NCBI RefSeq assembly: GCF_004010195.1
Contig: NW_025215297.1
Coordinates: forward strand, 64,414-84,413
DNA: 20,000 bases
Source of the DNA: Chiloscyllium plagiosum
Lineage: Eukaryota
Reading direction: 5' to 3'
Shown piece by piece: positions 10,040-20,000 of this stretch (position 1 is the stretch's first letter; each line of letters begins with the position of its first letter). The notes below the pieces were generated by a model. It was not told where the DNA came from. It saw nothing but the letters and a program-made list of their open reading frames with translations, and did not search any database. The position numbers and the translations under genes were made by a program.

Positions 10040-10087
10040 CCCCGTGCCCCCCCCCCCCCCCCCGTGCCCCCCCCCACCCCCACCCCC
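10040..10087. repeat. Interrupted poly-C tract (G4-capable on minus strand)
   Basis: CCCCGTG-C17-GTG-C9-ACCCCCACCCCC at the expected YRPP codons of the CR1 endonuclease. Confidence 0.9.
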
Positions 10088-10804
10088 AGTAATCAGCAGG
10101 AAACTGAGAAACAAATTTGGAAGGAGATATCAGTTATCTGAGATAATGAGAATGGTTATAGTAGGGGATTTTAACTTTCCAAACACAAGGAGGGACTACT
10201 TAAATGACAGGAATGTGTTAAGTGTGTACAGGAAAATTCATTGATTTAGTATGTGGATGTACCTACTAGAGAAGGTGCAAAACATGACCTACTCTTGGGA
10301 AATAACAGGGCAGGTGACTGAGGTCTTAGTGGGGGAGCACTTTGGGGCCAGCGACCATAATTCTATCATTTTAAAGTAGTGATGGAAAAGGACAGATCAG
10401 ACCGAAAAGGCCAAGTTCTAAATTGCAGGAAGGTCAATTTTGACAGTATTATGCAAGAACTTTCAAAAGTTAATTGGAGGAGGATGTTCACAGATAAAGG
10501 GACGGCTGGAAAAATGAGATAATGAGGGTCCAGGAACAGTATGTTCCTGTCAGGACAATGCTGGATGTCAAGAGAAATTGAGGTATTAGTCAAGAAAAAG
10601 GAGGAAGCATATGTCAGTTATAGACAGCAGAGATCGAGTGGTTCCTTAGAAGCGTATAAAGGCAAATGTAAGGGGGAAATCAGGAGGGCAGAATGGCGAT
10701 ATCAGATAGCCTTGGCAAATAAGGTTAAGGAGAATTGAAAAAGGATTTTATAAATACATTAAGGACAGAAGGATAACTAGGGAAAGATCAGCAAGGTCAT
10801 CTGT

Positions 10805-11007
10805 ATGAGCTGCCAGAGGATGTGGTGGAGGCTGGTACAATTGCAGCATTTAAGAGGCATTTGGATGGGTATATGAATAGGAAGGGTTTGGAGGGATATG
10901 GGCCGGGTACTGGCAGGTGGGACTAGATTGGGTTGGGATATCTGGTCGGCATGGACAAGATGGACCGAAGGGTCTGTTTCCGTGCTGTACATCTCTATGA
11001 CTCTATG
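10805..11007 (+). mobile_element. CR1 3'-end fragment nested in the larger CR1
   Basis: ATGAGCTGCCAGAGGATGTGGTGGAGGC..GACCGAAGGGTCTGTTTCCGTGCTGTACATCTCTATGACTCTATG. Same tail as 17468-17894. The host resumes at TGTGGAACC. Confidence 0.9.
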
Positions 11008-12689
11008 TGTGGAACCGCACGGCATGGGGAAGATACTAAACAAGTATTTTGCAACAGTGTTTACAGTGGAGAAGGATATAGAGAATATAGAATGGTGAGA
11101 GAATAGATAGCAACATCTTGAAAAATGACCATATTACAGATGAGGAGGTGCTGGACAGCTTAAAGCGCATAAAGGTAGATAAATCTCCAGGCCCTGATCA
11201 GGTGTACCCTAAAACTCTGTGGAAGCTGAGGAAGCGATTGCTGGGCCCCTTACGGAAATATTTTTATCATCAATAGACTACAGGTGAGGTGCTGGAAGAC
11301 TGGAGGATGGCTAACGTGGCAGCACTATTTAAGACAGATGGTAAGGAAAAGCCAAGGAACTATAGAGCAGTGAGCCTAACATTGGTGGTGTGCAAGTTGT
11401 TGGTGGGGATTCGGTGGGACAGGATTTACATGCATTCAGAAAGGAAAGGACTGATTAGGGATAGTTAAATGGTTTTGTGCATGGGAAACCGTGTCATACT
11501 AACTAGATTGAGTTTTCAAAGAAGTAATGAAGAGGATTGCTGAAGGCAGAGCGGTGGACGTAATCTCTTTGGACTTCAGTAAGGCACTCAGCAAGGTTCT
11601 TCATGGGAGACTGGTTAGCGATGTTAGGTCACATGGAATGCAAGGAGAACTAGCCATTTGGATACAGAAATTGCTCAAAGGTAAAAGACAGACAGTGGTG
11701 GTGAAGGGTTACTTTTCAGACTGGAGGCCTGCGACCAGTGGTGTGCCACAAGGATCGGTGCTGGGTTCACAGCTTTTCATCATTTGTATAAATGATTTGG
11801 ACACGAACATCGAAGGTACAATTAGTAAGTTTGCAGATGACACTAAAATTGGAGGCGCAATGGACAGCAAAGAAGATTACCCCAGAAATACATCGAGATC
11901 TTGATCAGTTGGGCCAACGGGCCGAGGAGTGGCAGATGGAGTTTCATTTCAATAAATGTGAGGTGCTGCATTTTGGAAAGGCAAATCAGTGCAGGACTTA
12001 TACACTTAATGGTCAGCCCTAAGGCAAGTTACAAAACAAAGAGACCTTGGAGTGCAGGTTCATAGTTTCTTGAAACTGGAGTCACAGGGAGACAATGTGC
12101 TAAAGTAGGAGTTTGGCATGCTTGCCTTTACTGGTCAGAGCATTCACGGGAGGAGTTGGGATGTCATGTTGTAGCGATACTGGACATTTACTGCATTCAG
12201 TTTTGGTCACCCTTTTACAGGAAGGATGTTGTTAATCTTGAGAGGGTTCAGAAAAGATTTACAAGGTTATTGTTGGACTGCTGGGTTTGAATTATAGGGA
12301 GAGGCTGAATAGGCTGGGGCTATTTTCCCTGGAGTGTCAGAGGTTGAGGGATGACCGTATGCAGGTTTATAAAATCGTGAGTGGCCTGGTAGGGTAATTA
12401 GCCAATGTTGTTTTCCTAGGCTAGGAGAAGTCCAAAACTAGAGGGCATAGGATTAAGGTGCGAGGGGAAAGATTTGAAAAGGGCCTGATGGGTAACATTT
12501 TAACGCAGAGGGTGGTGTCTGTATGGAACAAGCTGCTAGAGGAAGTAGTGGAGGCAAGTACAATTACAACCTTTAAAAGTCATCTGTATATGAATAGGAA
12601 GGGTTCAGACTGGGTCAGATTGAGATGTCTGCTCGGTGTGGACAAGTTAGACCAGAGGGTCTATTTATGTGCTGTATGATACTACAATA

Positions 12690-12912
12690 GCAAAGTGTGC
12701 CTGGATTGTGTTTGAGTCGGAGATGATCACACTCTCATATATCTGCTGCTCTTGCCCTTTGAGGTGGCGTAGATTATGGAATTGGTTATGCTACCAGTGA
12801 AATCTAGTCAGGTTTGTTGAGCATGCTGTAGACAGTATGCCCTGCAGCACTGTGTATTGATGGCAGGAATAGATGTTTAAGATGGTGGATGAGCTGCCGA
12901 GCAAGCAGCCTG
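12690..12912 (-). mobile_element. Family B LINE, 3'-proximal fragment, very decayed
   Basis: Recognised by resemblance only (ATCTGCTGCTCTTGCCCTTTGAGGTGG..GATGTTTAAGATGGTGGATG). Its right end overlaps the start of the 16578 fragment. Confidence 0.55.
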
Positions 12913-13314
12913 ATTATTATCAGCATCGCAGTGTGAGTGCCCTCCTCAACTCTCTCAAGGGCAGCTTGACCCCACAACCTTAACTGCTGGGATCACGTAA
13001 CAGGAATTTGGGTCCATCTGTTGTGAACTAAAAAGCCTCATTATATAATTGGTGTGGTCAGAACTCTCAATGCAAGTGAGAATTCCGAAAATGACCCTAA
13101 GACAATATGCTCAAGTGGTTCATGAATAAAAAAAAAAATCACTTGCCATTCCTGTGTGTGAGCTAAAGCAGTTAGATTGTGCTGTATAAGAGTGGCAGGT
13201 ATATAAACACAATGATTATTTGAAATTTTCAAAGATTCTCAGATAGTGTAAAAAAAGACAACATGTGTGATAGTCAATCTTAATATAACTGTTTGCTAAA
13301 GACACCAGACACAT

Positions 13315-13450
13315 GGGAGGCATGGTGTCGTAGTAATGTCACTGGACTAATAATCCAGAGGCATGGGTTAATGTTTGGTGAGCATGGGTTCCAATCCTGC
13401 GATAGAGCGTGAAATCTATTTTCAATAAAAATCTGGAATAAAATGTTATC
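13315..13450 (+). mobile_element. tRNA-derived SINE head (copy 1 of a tandem pair)
   Basis: GTAGTAATGTCACTGGACTAATAATCCAGAG, B box GGTTCCAATCC (13387-13397), then TTCAATAAAAATCTGGAAT. Confidence 0.8.
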
Positions 13451-13451
13451 T

Positions 13452-14270
13452 TATTGGTATTATCACTAGACTATTAATTCAGGAGCTCAGTTAAATTTCT
13501 GGGGAGCTGGGTTCAAATTCTGCCATGAATGAAAATAAAAAAATCTGGAATTAAGAATCTATTGATTCTTAATTCTGGTTCTACAGTTCTGGTCGCCCCA
13601 TTACAGGAAGGATGTGGAGGAATTGGAAAAGGTGCAGAGGAGATTTACCTGAATGTGCCTGGTCTGGAGGAAAGCTCTTATGAGGAAAGGCTGAGGGACT
13701 TGGGTCTGTTCTCAATGGAAAGAAGAAGGCTAAGAGGGGATTTCAGAGACATACAAGATGACCAGAGGATTAGATAGGGTAGACAGTGGAAGTCTTTTTC
13801 CTGGGATGGTGACATCAGCTTGTACGAGGGGGCATAGCTACAAATTGAGGGGTGATAGATTTAAGTCAGATGTCAGAGGCAGGTTATTTATTCAGAGAGT
13901 GGTAAGGGCGTAGAATGCCCTGCCTGCCAATGTAGGTAGCTCAATCACATTAGGGAGATTTAAACTATCCTTGGATAAACACATGGATGATGATGGGATA
14001 GTGTAGGGGGATGGGCTTAGATTAGTTCACTGGGCGGCGCAACATCAAGGGCCGAAGGGCATGTCCTGCACTGTATTGTTCTAGGTTCTATGTTCTATCA
14101 TGAAACCATTACCAGTTGTCAAGAAAAATGCATTTGGTGCACTAATGTCCTTGAGGGAAGGAGACCTATTGTCCAGACCCACAGCAATATGGCTGACTGT
14201 CAACTGCCCTCTGAAATGGCTTAGCAAGCCACATGTCCAAGGGCATCTAGGGACAGAGCCCATGTCCCAC
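13452..14270 (+). mobile_element. tRNA-derived SINE (copy 2), split by a CR1 insertion
   Basis: Head 13452-13563 with B box GGTTCAAATTC (13510-13520). The body resumes at 14099 (CATGAAACCATT), collinear with 3732 onward. Confidence 0.8.
13581..14098 (+). mobile_element. CR1 3'-end fragment
   Basis: PGLEESSYEERLRDLGLFSMERRRLRGD, then GGGCCGAAGGGCATGTCCTGCACTGTA and a (GTTCTAT)n-like tail. Confidence 0.9.
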
Positions 14271-14637
14271 AAGCGTTCCATTTTCTCACTGAGATTATTT
14301 GGGGGACATTACATTTTCAGGGCTTGGTCTAATTTACAGCCTTATCTACAGTTACAAAGGTCACTATTGGAAGGTGTGTTTAATAGCCCTTCACTTTAAC
14401 TTCCTCTGACACTTTCTTCCCCATCCTGCAGTGAATGGTTGATTTGCCTTTTGAATTAGGTTTACTTGTACATGAAGACACCTGAAAAAAAAAACTTCAA
14501 TCACTTTAATTCGTATTTGATTTTGCTGCATCCAAGTCTTGTTTTGAATCTGATTTTAAAAAAGAAGTACAATGGACAACATAAAAGCTGTTGCATATTT
14601 ATACTGCTTGGTTTTTGTTACAACTTTAGGTGAGTCT

Positions 14638-15514
14638 CAATACGATATATATTCCTTGGTAATTCTTATTGTGAGTTTTGGATTGGTGTTTCCCCGAAAT
14701 CCACGGTAGATTTTCCTTTGCCTTATACCTGGACTGCACTCAGTTCCTGGGCACCGGGTGGAAGGAATGGGACAGATACAGATTGTGTCTGATGTTTTCA
14801 ATACAGGCAACATACAAAGCATGGTTTTGAGGCAGAATGATTCTTGTAGGTTTGAAAAGCCAGATGTAACAACATGAACTGTGAACTTTCTGAGAAGAGA
14901 ATCCCAGTTTCTAAGAAACAAGTGAATATTGCTTGCAGCTGGTGGAAGCTGTTTATGTTGACTGGTGGCTTTGGAATTCAACCAGTATGGCAATAATATA
15001 ATGAATTGTTCAAAAGTTCTTTGATGGTACCCATCGTTGAAATGGTTATTGAACTAGCAAATTACAAACTTTATTTTCTGTTCAAATACGAACTGAAGGA
15101 ATTAAGGGCTACGGGGAGAATGCGGGTAAGTGGAGTTGAAACGCCCATCAGCCATGATTGAATGGCGGAGTGGACTCGTTGGGCTGAATGGCCTTACTTC
15201 CACTCCTATGTCTTATGGTCTTAACTGACTGTGTGTGAGAGTGATGGTTATGATGAAAGAATATTGGGTTTAAATCACAGACATTAATTAGATTACCTTG
15301 TTGTTTGGGTTTACCTAGCTGAAGTTACAGTATTAGTAATAAATTGTGAATTTTGGTTTAAGCTAGAAACTTAGTGTCTGATATCTGTTATTCTTAAAGT
15401 TGGTTCGGGATAACAGGGCAATTTTAATGGTCTTTGAATGTTTAAATTCTGCTGTGTTGTGAATCCAGTGTTAGCGAATCTGATTTAGTCTGGCTTGCTA
15501 TCCCGGTGTCATAA
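14638..15514 (+). mobile_element. Possible decayed solo LTR (Gypsy-like)
   Basis: Non-coding and T-rich, with AATAAA at 15338-15343 and a right end GGTGTCATAATG resembling ...GTCATAACA. Left end poorly defined; no TG..CA ends or TSD confirmed. Confidence 0.3.
15097..15222 (+). mobile_element. Very short CR1 3' UTR insertion with 6-bp TSD
   Basis: AACTGA at 15091-15096 and 15223-15228. GGGCTGAATGGCCT stem motif and TCTTATGGTCTT tail. Confidence 0.85.
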
Positions 15515-15582
15515 TGGTATGGATCACTGAACTTTCAGAGATTTGCCTTGCAAAGGCTACAATACCAATGCTTCACACTGTT

Positions 15583-16108
15583 ATAGGATCATAGCACAGA
15601 GAGAGGCCCTTTGGCCCAAACTGGTCCATGCCGACCAAAACGTCCATCCACACTAACCCCATTTCCCCGCACTTGGCTGATAGTCTTCTGAACCTTTCCT
15701 ATCCATGGACTTGTCCAAATGCTTTTTAAATGTTGTGAATGCACCTGTCTCAGCCACTTGCACTGGCAGCTCATTCCATATACATAACACCCTTTGTAAA
15801 AACGTTGCTCCTAAGGTTCCCTTTTTTCTTTCCTTTCTTCCCTCACACTGATGCCTTCTAATCATTCAGTGACCTTCAAAATTGCCCGATTATCCCTCTA
15901 ATCCTCGATTCCCAACCCTGGAAAAAAGACTGAGTGTATTCACCCTAACCATCCCCTCATGATCTTATACACTTCTCTAAGATCCCCACCCCCCGAGTCT
16001 CCTGTGCTCTTAAGAAAAAAGGCCTAGCTTGTCTGACCTCTCCCTATAACTCAGTCCCTTGAGTCCTGGCAACACATCCTTGTAACTTTCTTCTGCACTG
16101 TTTCCAAT
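15583..16108 (-). mobile_element. CR1 3'-end fragment
   Basis: LPGLKGLSYRERSDKLGLF, FLQRVLCIWNELP..FKKHLD, and 3' end GGGCCAAAGGGCCTCTCTCTGTGCTATGATCCTAT. Confidence 0.9.
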
Positions 16109-16215
16109 CCGATTGCAAAAATATTGATAGATCATCATCGGTATGGTATAAAAGAAGGGGGCAGTTGAAAAATCAGCAGAGCTAACTGCCGTCCTGCCAG
16201 AGTTAACAGCTCTCA

Positions 16216-16263
16216 TCTCTCTCTCTCTCTCTCTCTAGAGAGAGAGAGAGAGAGAGAGAGAGA
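16216..16263. repeat. (TC)n directly abutting (AG)n: 42-bp perfect palindrome
   Basis: 16216-16236 is the reverse complement of 16237-16257; centre CTAG. Confidence 0.95.
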
Positions 16264-16538
16264 TTAGATTCCCTACAATGTGGAAACAGGCCCTTTAGCC
16301 CAACAAGTCCACACCCACTCTCTGAAGAGTAATCCACCCAGACCTTTTTCCCTCTGACTAATGTGCCTAACACTATGGGCAATTTCCCACAGCCAATTCA
16401 TCTGATCTGCACATCTTTGGACTGTGGGAGGAAACCAGAGCACCCGGAGGAAACCCACGCAGACACAGGGAGAATGTGCAAACTCCACACAGACAGTCAC
16501 CCGAGGTTGGAATCGAACCTGGGCCCCTGGTGCTGTGA
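16261..16538 (-). mobile_element. HE1-like V-SINE, truncated upstream of the B box
   Basis: B box GGTTCGATTCC (minus strand of 16509-16519), V-domain, CR1-type tail and (AATCT)n. Confidence 0.92.
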
Positions 16539-16560
16539 GAGAGAGAGAGAGAGAGAGAGA
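16537..16560. repeat. (GA)12 microsatellite
   Basis: Direct reading. Confidence 0.95.
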
Positions 16561-16577
16561 AATTGGCTCTCAAACTC

Positions 16578-18250
16578 ATCCAAATGAAGTAGGCTGCTTT
16601 GTCCTGGATGGTATCAAGCTTCTTGAGTGTTGCTGCAGCTGTACTCACCCAGGCAATTGAGGAGAATCCCTTCACACTCCTGACTTTGTGCATGATAGTG
16701 CACCTGGTAGATGGTAGACAGGCTTTGGGAAGCAAGGAGATGAGGTATGTGCTGCAGGATTCCTAGCATTTGCTCTTGAAGTGAGTGTTCTTATATAACT
16801 AGGTAAGGAGAGTTTCTGGTCAATGGTAACACCAGCATGTTGATAATGGGAATTGATGATGGTTGTTCTGTCCTGATTTGTAGCTTCAGCAGATTGACTC
16901 CTCATTTTTAGGTATTGTGGTGCTGCTCCTGCATTTTCACTGAACTAGGGTTAGTCCCCAGCCTTAATGGTATTGGTAGAGGCGGGGTTATGCTGGGCTA
17001 TGAGGTTACAGAATGTATTGGAGCTTGATTCTGTTGCTGCTGGTCATCAAGAGCACTCCATGGATGCCCAGACTTTAGATCTGTTTGAAATCCTTTGAAA
17101 TCATTTAGCACAATCATAATATTACACAACATGATGAAGGGTGCCCTTACTGTGAAGATGGGATTTATCTCCACAAGGATTGTACCATGAATACTTCTAT
17201 TAAAACTGCGATAGATGGATGCTACTTTAGCACATAAATTGGTGAGGGTGAGGTCATGTCTGTTTTTCTGTCTTTTTGGATTCCTCACCACCAGCTGCAG
17301 CTATGTATTTTAGGGTTGAACCAGCTCCATCAGTAGGGCTGCTGCTGAGCCACTGTTGGTGATGAACCTTAAAATCCTCTGTTTTTCGCCCTTGCCGCCC
17401 TCGGTGCTTCCACCAAGTGGTGTTCAAATTGGAGGAGTAATGATTCATCAGTTAAGTGGGGTCAGTACATAGAGTCATAGAGATGTACAGCATGGATACA
17501 GATCCTTCGGCCCAACCCGTCCATGCCGACCAGATATCCCAGCCTCTTAAATGTTGTAATTGTACCAGCCTCCACCACTTCCTCTGGCAGCTCATTCCAT
17601 ACACGTACCACCCTCTGCATGAAAACGTTGCCCCTTAGGTATCTTTTATATCTTTCCCCTCTCACCCTAAACCTATGTCCTCTAGTTCTGGACTCCCCGA
17701 CCCCAGGGAAAAGACTTTGCCTATTTACTCTATCTCTGCCCTTCATGATTTTGTAAACCTCTATAAGGTCACCCCTCAGCCTCCGACGCTCCAGGGAAAA
17801 CAGCCCCAACCTGTTCAGCCTCTCCATGCAGCTCAAATCCTCCAACCCTGGCAACATCCTTGTAAATCTTTTCAAGTTTCAAGTTTCACAACATTGATAG
17901 TGAATAGGAGGTTTCCTTGCCGAACTATAAGCTGATAACATGAGACTTGACAGGGTGTAGTCAATGTGAGGACTCCCAGGACAGCTCCCATCTGACTGTA
18001 TAGCTCAGTGCTGCCACCCAACCTGGATCTGTCTTGTTTATGGGACAGAACATACTGAGGGATGATACTGGTGCTTTCTGAGTTATTGTATGAGTGAGGG
18101 ATGATTCCGTGAATATGACTATGTCAGGCTCTTGCTTGATTGGGCTGTGAGACAGTTCCCCCAATTTTGGCACTCACCCCTACATGTTGGTAAGGAGAAT
18201 TTTGCGGCATTGAAACGGCTGAGTTTGTCACTGTCCTTTCTGATGCCTAC
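16578..18250 (-). mobile_element. Family B LINE: endonuclease region joined to ORF C-terminus, RT core missing
   Basis: VPKLGELSH..KQEPDIVIFTES (17961-18173), GDF-like EDFKVHHQQWL, DLTLTNL, and C-terminal KVRSV..FSSIAW....ATLKKLDTIQDKAA. Jump near 16865. Confidence 0.75.
17468..17894 (-). mobile_element. Young-looking CR1 3'-end fragment
   Basis: KRFTRMLPGLEDLS..ERLNRLGLFSLERRRLRGDLIEVYKIM..RTRGH..QRVVRVWNELP and (CTCTATGA)n tail. ACAT at both junctions. Confidence 0.93.
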
Positions 18251-18254
18251 TTCA

Positions 18255-18480
18255 GAAAATCTTGGGTAAGGGTGTGGCTATTTCTGGAACACAAGTCTTC
18301 AGAATTATTGTTGGAATGCTGTTCGGGCCCATAGCATCAGCAGCATCCAGTGCCTCTCAATGTTACTTCACATCATATGGAGTGAAACAAATTGATTGAA
18401 AATTGGCATCAGCAAGGCAGGGACCCTCAAGAGGAGGCCAAGCTGGATTAGCCACCCAGTACATTGGTCTGAAGATGGAT
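18255..18480 (-). mobile_element. Family B LINE pre-RT fragment
   Basis: Minus strand ALDAADAMGPNSIPTIILKTCVPEIATPLPKIF, homologous to about 4310-4375. Confidence 0.75.
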
Positions 18481-18489
18481 GGAGCTAGT

Positions 18490-18728
18490 GGAATTAATAA
18501 TAAAGAAATGGTGATTGTTGTGAATAAACATTTTGCCTCTATCTTCAATATACAGGATACATTAAAAATTTCTTAGTAGATATAAGTCAGGAGGCTGACG
18601 GCAAAACTCATGAGAGAAACCAGTACTGATCAAACGGATGGATTTACAGGTTGTTGTGTCAGGGTTATAACTTCATTCCCAGGTCGTAAAGGAAGTGATT
18701 AAAGAGCTGATAGACGTATCGGTGTAAG
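18490..18728 (+). mobile_element. Very old CR1 fragment (pre-RT)
   Basis: NKEMVIVVNKHFASIF and a decayed PRVLKEV..E..D-type motif near 18678-18720. Confidence 0.6.
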
Positions 18729-19698
18729 TAACACTAAACAGGAAGAAAGAAGGGAGCATCCGCCACGTACTGGAAAGGAAACGCCTGGAAGGACTCAGAA
18801 GAGACAGAGATATCGTAATCCTACCGGCAGATAAAGGATGCATGACTGTCATCCTGAACAGAATGCGATACTTTGATAAAGCAAACATACTACTAACCAA
18901 TACCAAAACCTACCAACAGGTGGTGTTGGACCTGACTCCACAGCTAGAAAATCACATTACAGCCGCTCTGAGGAACCTACACAAGACAGCTGAAATGAAT
19001 AAGACAGACCTCCCAAGAATGAAACCTGAAGGATCCAACGCACCCCGTTTCTAAGGACTACCAAAGCTACATAACAAGCTCCCCTCCACCCCACCCACCT
19101 GCCCCCACAAAGCCAGAGTCTCACATCCCTACACACCGACATACAGGCTATGAAAGGAACTGCAAACCGCAACACCTGGTAGAAAACTCAACCCGTTCCA
19201 TCCACTCGAGCCAGGAATTCCTTAACGTCATCAAAGACACCAAGGTAGAGGACAATGAGGTCATGGTTTCTTTCAATGTGTCAGCGCTATTCACATCAAT
19301 AAACATCACTCGAGCCAAAGAAACGCTGGCCTCACTGCTAGATGAACGAAAAACACAAAAACCAGACAGCACCAACTCCATCAGCAAGGACAGCACCCTC
19401 AAACTGGGAGACCTGTGCTTCGTAACTCACTTCACCTTCAAAGACAAGATCTAAGACAAATCAATGGGATGCCTATGGCATCACCAATATCAGGACTTAT
19501 AGCAGAAGCAGTTATGCAGAGGTCAGAATTAACAGCCCTTCCCACGATCCAGTCCAACTTTGGGTCTGCTATATGGATGATACCTTTGTCACCATGAAAC
19601 GTAACAAACCAGGAGAAACCCACAAGCACATAAACAACATCCTTACTGGTATAAAATTCACCAAAGGGGAAGAAAACAATAACTGACTCTCCTTCCTT
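18729..19698 (+). mobile_element. Poseidon-type Penelope-like RT fragment, decayed
   Basis: IVILPADKGCMTVILNR, PRF*GLPKL, MVSFNVSALFTSI, QINGMPMASPISG, WVCYMDDTFV, INNILTGIKFTKGEE..LSFL. Confidence 0.9.
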
Positions 19699-20000
19699 GA
19701 ACAGTTCATCCACTTTACCAACACCTTCCACCATGACCTCAAATTTACCTGGACCGTCTCAGACTCCTCCCTCCCCTTCCTAGACCTCTCCATTTCTATC
19801 TCGGGCGACCGAATCAACACGGACATTTACTATAAACCGACCAACTCCCACAGCTACCTAGACTACACCTCCTCCTACCCTGCCCCCTGTAAAAACATCA
19901 TCCTATATTCCCAAATCCTTCATCTCGGCCGCATCTGCTCCCAGGAGGACCAGTTCCAATACCGTACAACCCAGATGGCCTCCTTCTTCAAAGACCGCAA
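19697..20000 (+). mobile_element. Neptune-type Penelope-like RT fragment, 5'-truncated, continues past the window
   Basis: Open frame EQFIHFTNTFHHDLKFTWTVSDSSLPFLDLSISISGDRINTDIYYKPTNSHSYLDYTSSYP..YSQILHLGRICSQED. Confidence 0.9.

Larger units (their letters stand above)
9830..12682 (+). mobile_element. CR1 LINE, most of ORF2 (EN to RT) plus 3' UTR, decayed
   Basis: [77 protein letters not shown], and a 3' end GACCAGAGGGTCTATTTATGTGCTGTATGA. Many indels. Confidence 0.93.

Noticed and set aside
9987..10244. Proline-rich (formin/WASP-like) protein
   Set aside because: The poly-Pro comes from a poly-C expansion inside the CR1 endonuclease sequence.
8946..12682. Twin-priming inversion of a single CR1 at about 9829
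   Set aside because: The minus and plus pieces cover the same RT region and differ in sequence, so they are separate copies.
13315..13525. tRNA genes
   Set aside because: A/B-box-like motifs without a cloverleaf, continuing into a SINE body.
14637..14993. 118-aa minus-strand ORF or host exon
   Set aside because: No recognisable homology or convincing splice context.
1..20000. Prokaryotic RT system (retron, DGR, group II intron), CRISPR array or defence operon
   Set aside because: All RT segments are decayed eukaryotic CR1, Tx1 or Penelope types. There is no repeat-spacer array or operon structure.

Overview
This is eukaryotic, transposon-dense DNA. The HE1-type SINEs, CR1/HER1-type LINEs and Penelope families point to a cartilaginous fish (shark); the taxon and all family names are recognised from sequence, not from a database search. 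I find no intact host gene and no intact autonomous element. Most of the window is nested, decayed retroelements: Penelope-like elements (Neptune- and Poseidon-type), two short hammerhead-ribozyme-bearing Penelope terminal-repeat insertions with target-site duplications, about ten CR1 fragments, a 4.4-kb L1/Tx1-clade element (zinc-knuckle ORF1 plus EN-RT ORF2), a second older CR1/L2-group LINE family, and tRNA-derived SINEs. I cannot support a new protein-coding system. The best leads are junction and architecture observations: a hammerhead-containing inverted-repeat insert, a twin-priming-like inversion, two in-frame chimeric junctions, a frameshifting deletion shared by two CR1 copies, and a possible tRNA-headed LINE with a derived SINE.
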